Assembly (NCBI RefSeq): GCF_001017655.1 | Contig: NZ_CP010904.1 | Span: 1,350,001 to 1,382,000, forward strand | From: Kiritimatiella glycovorans | GTDB lineage: Bacteria; Verrucomicrobiota; Kiritimatiellia; Kiritimatiellales; Kiritimatiellaceae | Direction of reading: 5' to 3' | DNA: 32,000 nt | Shown here: positions 16,416-23,992 of the stretch, one piece after another | How the letters are laid out: every line of letters starts with the position of its first letter | Position numbering within the stretch: position 1 is the first letter of the stretch | Notes under the pieces: generated by a model | Database searches by the model: none | The model's input: only the letters and a program-made list of their open reading frames with translations | Told to the model about the DNA's origin: nothing | Program-made: the position numbers and the translations under genes

Positions 16416-19400
16416 ATGAGAGCCTTCTTTTCGGCCGCCTGTTTCACCTGTCTCGCGTTCGGTGCTGTGTCCGCGCACGCGGTCAGTGTCACCACCACTT
16501 CACTCCCCACCGGGGCTGTAGCCGAGGCGTACAGCGGGACCCTGAGCGCCTCCGGCGGCACGACCCCCTACCGCTGGAACGTCGCCCAGGACTACGCCGA
16601 GAGCATCGAGACCAACGCGATGCAGGATCCGTCTGCGGACATGGACTGGAACGCGGATTCCGAAGCGTGGCTGCTGGATCTGCCCTTTACATTCCCGTTT
16701 TACGGCGTCGGATACACCCAGTGCTGGGTCGCGGTGGACGGCTACGTCCATTTCGCGACCAATTACCTCGACAGCACGCCGACCACAAACGAGCTGGCGC
16801 AGCAGTGCATGATCGCCGCCGACTGGAAGGACCTCGACACCTCCGCCGGCGGCGATTTGGATATCTATATCTGGACCAACGATTCCTCCTGCGTGATCCG
16901 GTGGTACGGCAGGACCCCGATGTGGCAATACGTCGGCATCAAACTCGAGATGAACGAGAACGGCCTGATCCGGGTCGACATGTCAGGCGACGAGGGCATG
17001 ATGTCGCCCCGCTTCTGCGGCCTGTCGGCCGGCAACGGGGTCGACTACGTGGTCAGCACGAACAACGACGCCTGGCTGGACCCGGGCGACATTATCCGCT
17101 TCCAGCCCGAAGACGCGCTGCCGACCAACATCGTGATGACCTCCGGGGGCGAGCTTTACGGAACGCCGTGGAACGCGGGCACGAACAGTCTGACTTTCCG
17201 CGTCACCGACGCCACCAACGGCCAGGCCGCGGCGGCGCTCGATCTGGTCGTCACCGAGGGCGGCAACGCGAAACCGGTGGTCTCCGGCAGCACACCCGCC
17301 GCCGGCGCATACCCGATGGACGAGGCGGAGACGAACACATTCAGCGTGGCGGCCTCCGATCCGGACGGCACCCCGCTGTCCTACGCGTGGACGCTCGACG
17401 GCACCGCCGTGGGCACGAACAGCGCGAGCTACGATTTCGGGACCCCATGGGGCGGCGCGGGCGTGTACACCCTGCTCGTGGAGATCAGCGACGATTTCTG
17501 GACCAACGGCGAGGTGTCGGTGGAGTGGACTGTGGCGGTGACGAACGACAATGACGGCGACGGCATGCTGAACGAATGGGAACGGACCTACGGACTCGAT
17601 CCCGAAGTGAACGACAGCGGCGGCGACGGGGACGGCGACGGGCTGAGCAATATCGAAGAGCACGACGCGGGGACCGACCCGGGGTCCGAGGACACCGACA
17701 ACGATACGCTCTACGACGACTGGGAGCTGGAGTACGGGTACGACCCCACCAGCCCGTCCGAGATCCTGCCCGGCTATACGAATTACACCCCGAGCTACGG
17801 ATACAATCTCTCGGCGGACGCCGAGGAGGTCTATGTCACGGGCACGACCGCCTATGTCGCCTGCGATGTCGGCGGGTTGAAGGTCATCGACTGCTCCGAC
17901 CCCGACGCCCCCGTCCTGATCGACATGCACGAGATCCCCGGACGGGCCGAAGAAATCTGCGGCCTGGGCCCGTACGTGTTCGTAGGTGCGGACAATTACG
18001 GCCTGACGATCTTCGACGCCTCGACACCCTCGAACCTGGCCGTACTCTGCACCTGGACCAACGCACATCTGTTTTATGGACCGATGGCGGCGGTGGGCGA
18101 CCGGCTCTACGTCGCCCAGAACAGCGATCTCACGGTGCTTTCCATCAGCGACCCGGCCTCGCCGGTCCTGCTGGGGCAGCTTGACGTAAGCAACACCAAT
18201 CACCCCGCGCCGGGTTCTATCCGCGACGTAGCCGTGCGCGGGGACTACGCGTACTGCGCCAACTTCACCGAGGGGCTGAAAACCGTGAACATCTCCGATC
18301 CCGAAACCATGGTGATCACGGCCACCAACGAGTACGAGGGCGTGGGGGTCTGCGAATACGCCGCGCGCGGTCTCGACATCGAGGGCGATACGCTGTTCAT
18401 GTGCCAGGACGGATACGGGCTGATGGCCTTCGACCTGAGCGATCCCGCGTCACCTGCCCTGATCGACAATTTCATCTCCTCACACAACCCGTTTCCGTAC
18501 GACAACCTGGACGACGTGGACGTGGAAGGCACCAATGCCTACGTGATCGGCGGGAAGCGGTTCTGGATCTACGGCGTCTCCGACCCGTCGAACATGGTCG
18601 AACTGGCCCACTGGCAGAATGGATCCGGCGGCCCCACGGACGGGATAGGGATTCATGACGTCGACGCCGAGGGCGACTTCGTCCACCTGCCGACCGGCTG
18701 GGGAACCTACACCAATGCGTACGGGATCCAGGTCGACCGCGGCGGATTGCGCCTGATGGACGTCACGGACAAGGCGGCGCCCGAACCGAGGGGGCGCTTC
18801 ATCACCTCCGGTCAGGGATGGGACATGGAGATCCTGAATGATGTCGCCTACGTGGCGAACTACCACTCCGGGGTGCACATCGTGAACGTGACCAACTGGA
18901 CGCGGCTGGGGCGCTACGACACCGAAGGGATCGCGATGGGGATCGATGTGACCGACGGGGGCGACACGCTGCTGGTAGCCGACGGTGAGAATGGTCTGGT
19001 CGTGCTCGACGCTACCGATCCCGCCAATATGGCCCTTCAGAGCCACCTCGATACCGACGACGCCCGGGCCGTGCGCTACCTCAACGGCAGGATCTACGTG
19101 GCGGACTACACCAACGGCCTGCTGGTGGCGACCAATCTGTCCGTCCCGACGCTTCAGACAAACTTCTTCGCCGGCTCGCCGATTCAGGGCCTCACCACGT
19201 ACGGAAGCAAAGTCTACGCCGCGGCCGGCGGGCTTGGCGTGTACAGCGTTTACTGCGAAGAAAAGGGCTCGAACGAAACCTGGCATACGGAGCATTACAA
19301 CTACACCATCGACATGGGTAAAAGCGCGAGCGCCTACCGGCTCGAGGCCGCGGACGGGCGGCTGTGGGTCGCCGACAACCTCAACGGCGTGGTGGCGATC

Positions 19401-20156
19401 GACATCAGCTCCGCCGCCATGAGCTATGAGGGGCTCTACACCAACGGGGTGGTTCAGAACGTCTTTATCGAGGACCACGCCCCGACCGGCGACTACATCT
19501 GGATCGGAGGCGGCACCAATATCACCTCGTTCCGCGTGGGCGACCCGATCGATCGGCGCAACACGATGAGCGATGAGTACTGGTGGCAGGACCCCGAGAT
19601 CAAGGACCTCTGGTTTGCCGGCACAAACGGGATCTTCCTCGGGGCCACGCAGTGGAAGAAATACGAATACGGTCTGCGGTCGTTCAATACCACCCGCGTC
19701 GACGCCGACGAGGACGGGATGGCCGACAGCGACGAGATGCGGTGGTGGGGGAGCACGGTGCCGGGGCGTTACGACGATACGGACGGAGATGGACTGAGCA
19801 ACTGGGGCGAGAGCACGACCGGAACCGATCCGTCGCTGACCGACACCGACGGGGACGGCGTCTCGGACCGCGACGAGTACATCGCAGGGACCGATCCGAT
19901 GAGCGACGGGTCCTGTTTCTCAATGGACCTCGACGACCCGGTCTACCATCTCGATCTGTTCGACGAGTTCGTCCTGCGCTGGCCGAGCCGTGCGGGGCGG
20001 GTCTACGATCTCTACCGCTACAGCGACCTCGGCGATCCCTCCTCGCGGGTTCAGCTCCTGACCAATGCCCCGGCCACCCCGCCGATGAACATCTACACGG
20101 ACACCGTCTTCCGGATCCGCTCCTACATGTACCGGATTAATGTAGAGCGGGAGTGA
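16416..20156 (+). CDS. large secreted LVIVD-repeat protein with Ig-like, PKD-like and thrombospondin-type-3 Ca-binding repeats
   Basis: Signal peptide MRAFFSAACFTCLAFGAVSAHA. Ig-like segments TSLPTGAVAEAYSGTLSASGGTTPYRW / GELYGTPWNAGTNSLTFRVTD. DxDxDG repeats (DNDGDGMLNEWE, DGDGDGLSNIEE, DTDGDGLSNWGE, DTDGDGVSDRDE). At least 10 LVIVD-type repeats (GLKVIDCSDPDAPVLI, LTVLSISDPASPVLL, GLMAFDLSDPASPALI, GLVVLDATDPANMAL ...). The ATG at 16416 follows GGGGAGGA. Confidence 0.85.
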   Translation: MRAFFSAACFTCLAFGAVSAHAVSVTTTSLPTGAVAEAYSGTLSASGGTTPYRWNVAQDYAESIETNAMQDPSADMDWNADSEAWLLDLPFTFPFYGVGYTQCWVAVDGYVHFATNYLDSTPTTNELAQQCMIAADWKDLDTSAGGDLDIYIWTNDSSCVIRWYGRTPMWQYVGIKLEMNENGLIRVDMSGDEGMMSPRFCGLSAGNGVDYVVSTNNDAWLDPGDIIRFQPEDALPTNIVMTSGGELYGTPWNAGTNSLTFRVTDATNGQAAAALDLVVTEGGNAKPVVSGSTPAAGAYPMDEAETNTFSVAASDPDGTPLSYAWTLDGTAVGTNSASYDFGTPWGGAGVYTLLVEISDDFWTNGEVSVEWTVAVTNDNDGDGMLNEWERTYGLDPEVNDSGGDGDGDGLSNIEEHDAGTDPGSEDTDNDTLYDDWELEYGYDPTSPSEILPGYTNYTPSYGYNLSADAEEVYVTGTTAYVACDVGGLKVIDCSDPDAPVLIDMHEIPGRAEEICGLGPYVFVGADNYGLTIFDASTPSNLAVLCTWTNAHLFYGPMAAVGDRLYVAQNSDLTVLSISDPASPVLLGQLDVSNTNHPAPGSIRDVAVRGDYAYCANFTEGLKTVNISDPETMVITATNEYEGVGVCEYAARGLDIEGDTLFMCQDGYGLMAFDLSDPASPALIDNFISSHNPFPYDNLDDVDVEGTNAYVIGGKRFWIYGVSDPSNMVELAHWQNGSGGPTDGIGIHDVDAEGDFVHLPTGWGTYTNAYGIQVDRGGLRLMDVTDKAAPEPRGRFITSGQGWDMEILNDVAYVANYHSGVHIVNVTNWTRLGRYDTEGIAMGIDVTDGGDTLLVADGENGLVVLDATDPANMALQSHLDTDDARAVRYLNGRIYVADYTNGLLVATNLSVPTLQTNFFAGSPIQGLTTYGSKVYAAAGGLGVYSVYCEEKGSNETWHTEHYNYTIDMGKSASAYRLEAADGRLWVADNLNGVVAIDISSAAMSYEGLYTNGVVQNVFIEDHAPTGDYIWIGGGTNITSFRVGDPIDRRNTMSDEYWWQDPEIKDLWFAGTNGIFLGATQWKKYEYGLRSFNTTRVDADEDGMADSDEMRWWGSTVPGRYDDTDGDGLSNWGESTTGTDPSLTDTDGDGVSDRDEYIAGTDPMSDGSCFSMDLDDPVYHLDLFDEFVLRWPSRAGRVYDLYRYSDLGDPSSRVQLLTNAPATPPMNIYTDTVFRIRSYMYRINVERE

Positions 20157-20165
20157 GGGAGATCA

Positions 20166-20205
20166 TTTGAGTGCGAGACCTGAAACTTGAGACCTGAGTA
20201 AGAGG
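20166..20205 (+). repeat. left arm of 40-bp inverted repeat (contains GARACYT heptamers)
   Basis: TTTGAGTGCGAGACCTGAAACTTGAGACCTGAGTAAGAGG. Its reverse complement matches 21750-21789 at 39 of 40 positions. Confidence 0.95.
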
Positions 20206-20207
20206 AT

Positions 20208-20216
20208 ACCTGTGTC
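20208..20216. repeat. target-site duplication, left copy (ACCTGTGTC)
   Basis: The 9-mer ACCTGTGTC directly abuts the IS left terminal repeat CACTACTGTCCCAA. The same 9-mer abuts the right end at 21689-21697. Confidence 0.85.
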
Positions 20217-20232
20217 CACTACTGTCCCAATA

Positions 20233-21555
20233 TTAGTCGAACAACATCAACGTGTTATGACTTTCGGGTATTTCGGTTTCGTAGTCCCAAGCCTGAAATG
20301 CCTGTAGAATGGGGGTTTTCTCGAACAGGGACACGCTCAGGATTTGTAGAATTGTGTAGAGCGGCAGCTCGATGCGGAGTCGCTTCTTGAGAATGGCAAC
20401 GAGCAGGTACGTGGAGATGGCGATCCATATCTGTGTCTTCACCGCGTTGGGCGTAGTGCCGACAAACGCCTTGATGCGGAGGTGCTGTTTGATCCATTTG
20501 AAGAACAGCTCGATCATCCACCGGGCTTTGTACAGCTTGGTGATGGTCATCGCGGGCAGTGTGAAATCGTTGGTCAGGAACACGAGCAAGGAACTCGGAT
20601 CTTCCGGGTCGCGGAACTTGATCCGACGCCACGGCTCGGGATATGCCCAGCAGTTCTCATTATGGCCGCATTCCGACCGCGGACGGCGTGGCAGCCGTCC
20701 CTCCCGAGTCGATATCCGACGCATTTTCGGGCACTGGGAGGGTCGGGTGCCACCCCGACCGAAAAGGGTGAAGCCATAATGAGAATCGCTGGGATATGCC
20801 TTGGCCGGATAGAAAGTTGTGAGTATCACGGTCTGGTCGCAGATCAGACCAGTGGTTCTGTCGACGGGGCGAGAGTAGCGACGCTTGAACTTGAAGTTGT
20901 CTTTGGCACGAGTAACGAAGAAGGCTTGGCCGATGTCTATTTCGTATAGACGTGCAAAATCGAGATACCCGCGATCCATGAGGTAATACGCCCCGGGGAC
21001 AGGAACAAGATAGTCCAGGACATTAACATCGTGCATTTTCCCGTCGGAAATCAGGATAAACTCGGGAATGCTGCCTCGCAGATTGAGCAAGGTATGCATC
21101 TTGACCGCGCCCTTGCGTTTTCGAAACCGTGCCCATGGAAACATCGAAAGGCACAAGTCGATGGTCGTCGAGTCCAAAGCGTAAACCGAGGCGTCCAGGT
21201 CGACGGAGAGTTCCTCCTCCGCGTAGAGACTTCGTGCCTCGACAATCAAGTGTTGAGCGAACTCGGCATAGATGCGCCAGTCCCGTTTCTCGTTGGCGTT
21301 GGACAGGTTGTTGCGCGAGACCGTGCTGTGGATGCCCATGTGATAGAGTTTCGGTCGCACGGACCGCAGACAGGCTTCGATGTCGCGCAGACTCTCCCGG
21401 TAAGTCAGCTGCGCAAAAGCCATCACCCGAAAGTGGGCGGAACACTTGAACTCCTTGACCTTGTGGTTGCCGTTGTATCGAGTCACGCATCGGTCGAAAT
21501 GGTGCCACGGCAAGTGCTGCATGAGCTGCGCGAATATCGTCGGCCCTGTGTACAT
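20233..21555 (-). CDS. IS4-family DDE transposase (ORF open but interrupted in frame by a 51-codon insertion)
   Basis: Candidate catalytic D residues lie in ALDSTTIDLC and YLMDRGYLDF. The IS4 Y-x2-R-x3-E-x6-K signature is present in YKARWMIELFFKWIK. The ATG at 21555 is preceded by AGGAGGGAGG. Confidence 0.9.
   Translation of the reverse strand: MYTGPTIFAQLMQHLPWHHFDRCVTRYNGNHKVKEFKCSAHFRVMAFAQLTYRESLRDIEACLRSVRPKLYHMGIHSTVSRNNLSNANEKRDWRIYAEFAQHLIVEARSLYAEEELSVDLDASVYALDSTTIDLCLSMFPWARFRKRKGAVKMHTLLNLRGSIPEFILISDGKMHDVNVLDYLVPVPGAYYLMDRGYLDFARLYEIDIGQAFFVTRAKDNFKFKRRYSRPVDRTTGLICDQTVILTTFYPAKAYPSDSHYGFTLFGRGGTRPSQCPKMRRISTREGRLPRRPRSECGHNENCWAYPEPWRRIKFRDPEDPSSLLVFLTNDFTLPAMTITKLYKARWMIELFFKWIKQHLRIKAFVGTTPNAVKTQIWIAISTYLLVAILKKRLRIELPLYTILQILSVSLFEKTPILQAFQAWDYETEIPESHNTLMLFD
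20648..20790. mobile_element. 143-bp MITE-like element nested in the transposase gene
   Basis: Imperfect 18-bp inverted termini AGCAGTTCTCATTATGGC (20649-20666) / GCCATAATGAGAATCGCT (20773-20790) match at 16 of 18 positions. The element is flanked by the direct repeat GGGATATGCC (20638-20647 and 20791-20800). Confidence 0.7.
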
Positions 21556-21688
21556 CCCGGCCTCCCTCCTGTGTTGGAAGGTCGGAAGCTACAGGCAAGT
21601 TCAAGTCGCCAACAGCCCTTTTCTGTTCTAAGTCGTTCATGAAGTATGTGTTACAAGGCAATGTCGTTCAAACGTTGGGACAGTAGTG

Positions 21689-21697
21689 ACCTGTGTC
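21689..21697. repeat. target-site duplication, right copy (ACCTGTGTC)
   Basis: Identical 9-mer immediately outside the right terminal inverted repeat of the IS. Confidence 0.85.
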
Positions 21698-21749
21698 CAT
21701 CCTTTACTGCCTTCGAGTGCGACAGCCGTCGGATTGTCATACTCAAGCT

Positions 21750-21789
21750 CCTCTTAATCAGGTCTCAAGTTTCAGGTCTCGCACTCAAA
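21750..21789 (+). repeat. right arm of 40-bp inverted repeat
   Basis: CCTCTTAATCAGGTCTCAAGTTTCAGGTCTCGCACTCAAA is the reverse complement of 20166-20205 with one mismatch (A versus C). Confidence 0.95.
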
Positions 21790-23067
21790 ATATGGTTTCT
21801 CACTCAGAACCTTCCTCCTCTCCCACGCGAACACCTTATCGCCCCGCCGAACTTTGGCCGGGACGGGCACGGTGACGATTTCGTGCATCGCGGCTGAGGT
21901 GCGCGACTCGCCCTCCACCCGCAGCTCTTCGGCGACGGCATGCAGCGAGCCGGTGGTCGGGCCGTGGAAGAGCAGTTCGGCCCCCCGGTCGAGCCGGGCG
22001 TGACAGAGCTTGAACTCGGCGACCGCCGGCCGGGCGTAGTAGTTGCTCACGCGCCCGAGCTGGACCCTGCGGCGCGTGGCGCTCGAGTTATTGGTCCCGG
22101 CCCACTCGTTCAATCTCCGGCCGCAGTAGTACCCGCCCTCCCAGAAGCCGCGGTTGAACACGCGGTGCAGCCGCCGCATCCATGTCTCGAGTTGCGCCTC
22201 CGGGGGGCCGTCGGCGTATCCGCCTTTTTCCCGGCATTCCAGCGCTTCACGGTAGACCGCGACGGTCTCCGCGACATAATCCGGCGAGCGGCCGCGCCCT
22301 TCGATCTTGAGAATCTCCGCACCGGCCTCGATGATTTTGTCGAGATAGCGCACGGTGCAGAGGTCCTTCGGCGACATCACGTACTCGTTGTCGATCTCGA
22401 AGGACTCGCCGGTTTCGGCGTCTTCGACCCTGTAGCGGCGGCGGCAGCTCTGGTAGCACGAGCCCCGGTTGCCCGATGCGTTGTACTGCGCGAGGCTCAT
22501 GTAACACTTGCCCGAGACGGCTACGCACAGGGCGCCGTGGACGAACAGCTCGATCCTGACCCGGCCGCCCCCGGGACCGCGAAGGTCCTCCCGGACGATG
22601 CGTTCATGCAGCGCGCGGATCTGTTCCAGGGTCAGTTCGCGCGCCAGCACGACGACGTCGGCGAACTGCGCGTAGAAGCGGAGGGCCTCGTAGTTGGAGA
22701 TATTGACCTGCGTGGAGAGATGCACCTCCAGGGCATGGGCCCGGGCGATCCGCATCACGGCGGCGTCGGCGGCAATGACGGCGGAGACGCCCGCCGCCCG
22801 GGCCGCGGCGCAGAGCGACTCCACATCCGCGAGTTCTTCGTCGTACACGATCGAGTTGAGGGCCAGGTAGCTCCGCACCCCGCACCAGCGGCAGATCCGC
22901 GCGATGCGTCCGAGGTCGTGTGCGGTGAAGGCGTCGGCCGAGCGGGCGCGCATGTTCAGTTTTCCCGCGCCGAAGTAGACCGAGTCCGCCCCGCTGCGGA
23001 TCGCTGCGGCCAGGGCGGCATAGGATCCGGCGGGGGCCATGATTTCAATTTTTTCGCGCTGAGCCAT
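21772..23067 (-). CDS. peptidase U32 family protein
   Basis: IEIMAPAGSYAALAAAIRSGADSVYFG and HGALCVAVSGKCYMSLAQYNASGNRGSCYQSCRRRY carry the U32 Cys-rich signature. I prefer the ATG at 23067 (MAQREK); the alternative is 23088. Confidence 0.88.
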   Translation of the reverse strand: MAQREKIEIMAPAGSYAALAAAIRSGADSVYFGAGKLNMRARSADAFTAHDLGRIARICRWCGVRSYLALNSIVYDEELADVESLCAAARAAGVSAVIAADAAVMRIARAHALEVHLSTQVNISNYEALRFYAQFADVVVLARELTLEQIRALHERIVREDLRGPGGGRVRIELFVHGALCVAVSGKCYMSLAQYNASGNRGSCYQSCRRRYRVEDAETGESFEIDNEYVMSPKDLCTVRYLDKIIEAGAEILKIEGRGRSPDYVAETVAVYREALECREKGGYADGPPEAQLETWMRRLHRVFNRGFWEGGYYCGRRLNEWAGTNNSSATRRRVQLGRVSNYYARPAVAEFKLCHARLDRGAELLFHGPTTGSLHAVAEELRVEGESRTSAAMHEIVTVPVPAKVRRGDKVFAWERRKVLSEKPYFECET

Positions 23068-23158
23068 GGGGGCACGAAGGTACCGCACCGGCTCCGCTCG
23101 CGAAAGGCGGAATGCCGCTCACTTGACCCCGACGGATACGCACGGCAGACTGACCGTC

Positions 23159-23911
23159 ATGAGTGAAGCATCACGCAATGCCGTCCCCGAGCAGGAGTGG
23201 ACGGAAGAGCTTAAGAAAGAGAACGAGCGTGCGGTCTGGGTGCACGTGATCCCCTTTCTCGTCTGGATCACGTTCATCCCCCTGTTCGATCCCTCGGGGT
23301 GGGCCTATGCCGCGCGAACCGTGCTCGGCACGGCCGTGCTGCTGGCCTGCCGGCCGTGGCGCTGGTACGCGCCCCCCCGGTGGCGAAACATGCCGCTCGC
23401 CGTCGGAATCGGCGTGCTGGTCTTTGTCGTATGGGTCGGGCCGGAGAGCGCGTGGTTCACCGAACGGTTCCCTGCGCTGTCCGAAGCCTACGAGCGTTAT
23501 GCCGTCGACCTGACCCGCTTCGGAAAGCTGCGCGAACCTCTGGAACGGCCCTCCCCTTACGACCCGTCGGTGACCGGCTGGCCGCTGTTCTGGGCACACA
23601 TGTTCGGAACCTCGATCGCCGTGGCGCTGCTTGAGGAGTTTTTCTGGCGCGGTTTTCTCTACCGCTGGATGCTGGGCAGCCCGTTCTTCCGCATTCCGAT
23701 GGGACGGATGAGCGTGGGCATGTTCGTCGCCGTCGCGGCGCTTTTCGGCATCGAACACTTCGAATGGGCCGCGGGGATCGCATGCGGCCTGCTTTTCGGC
23801 TGGCTGGTGATCCACACCCGCGACATCTGGGCCGGGGTGGTCGCGCATGCCGTCACCAACTTCATGCTGGGAATCTATGTCTGGCAGTCCGGCGCGTGGC
23901 AGTTCTGGTGA
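23159..23911 (+). CDS. CPBP-family intramembrane glutamic endopeptidase (CAAX-protease-like)
   Basis: Polytopic protein with the three CPBP motifs: LLEEFFWRGFLY (EExxxR), FGIEH (FxxxH) and HAVTNF (HxxxN). ATG at 23159. Confidence 0.85.
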   Translation: MSEASRNAVPEQEWTEELKKENERAVWVHVIPFLVWITFIPLFDPSGWAYAARTVLGTAVLLACRPWRWYAPPRWRNMPLAVGIGVLVFVVWVGPESAWFTERFPALSEAYERYAVDLTRFGKLREPLERPSPYDPSVTGWPLFWAHMFGTSIAVALLEEFFWRGFLYRWMLGSPFFRIPMGRMSVGMFVAVAALFGIEHFEWAAGIACGLLFGWLVIHTRDIWAGVVAHAVTNFMLGIYVWQSGAWQFW

Positions 23912-23992
23912 GGACATCGGATTGCCGTTGCAGGCCGGACCCGCCATCGGCTAGCATGGGCGTAGAGTTGCGGGGTCACGCTTGGAGGTCGT

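Larger units (their letters stand above)
20217..21688 (-). mobile_element. IS4-family insertion sequence (1472 bp including a nested 153-bp insertion)
   Basis: Perfect 14-bp terminal inverted repeats CACTACTGTCCCAA (20217-20230) / TTGGGACAGTAGTG (21675-21688). Flanking 9-bp direct repeats. One DDE transposase ORF. G+C is visibly lower than the surroundings. Confidence 0.9.

Noticed and set aside
21646-21897. 83-aa and 60-aa plus-strand ORFs spanning the IS right end, the palindrome loop and the 3' end of the U32 gene.
   Set aside because: They cross an IS boundary and a repeat arm, overlap the U32 gene antisense, and show no start context or recognisable sequence.
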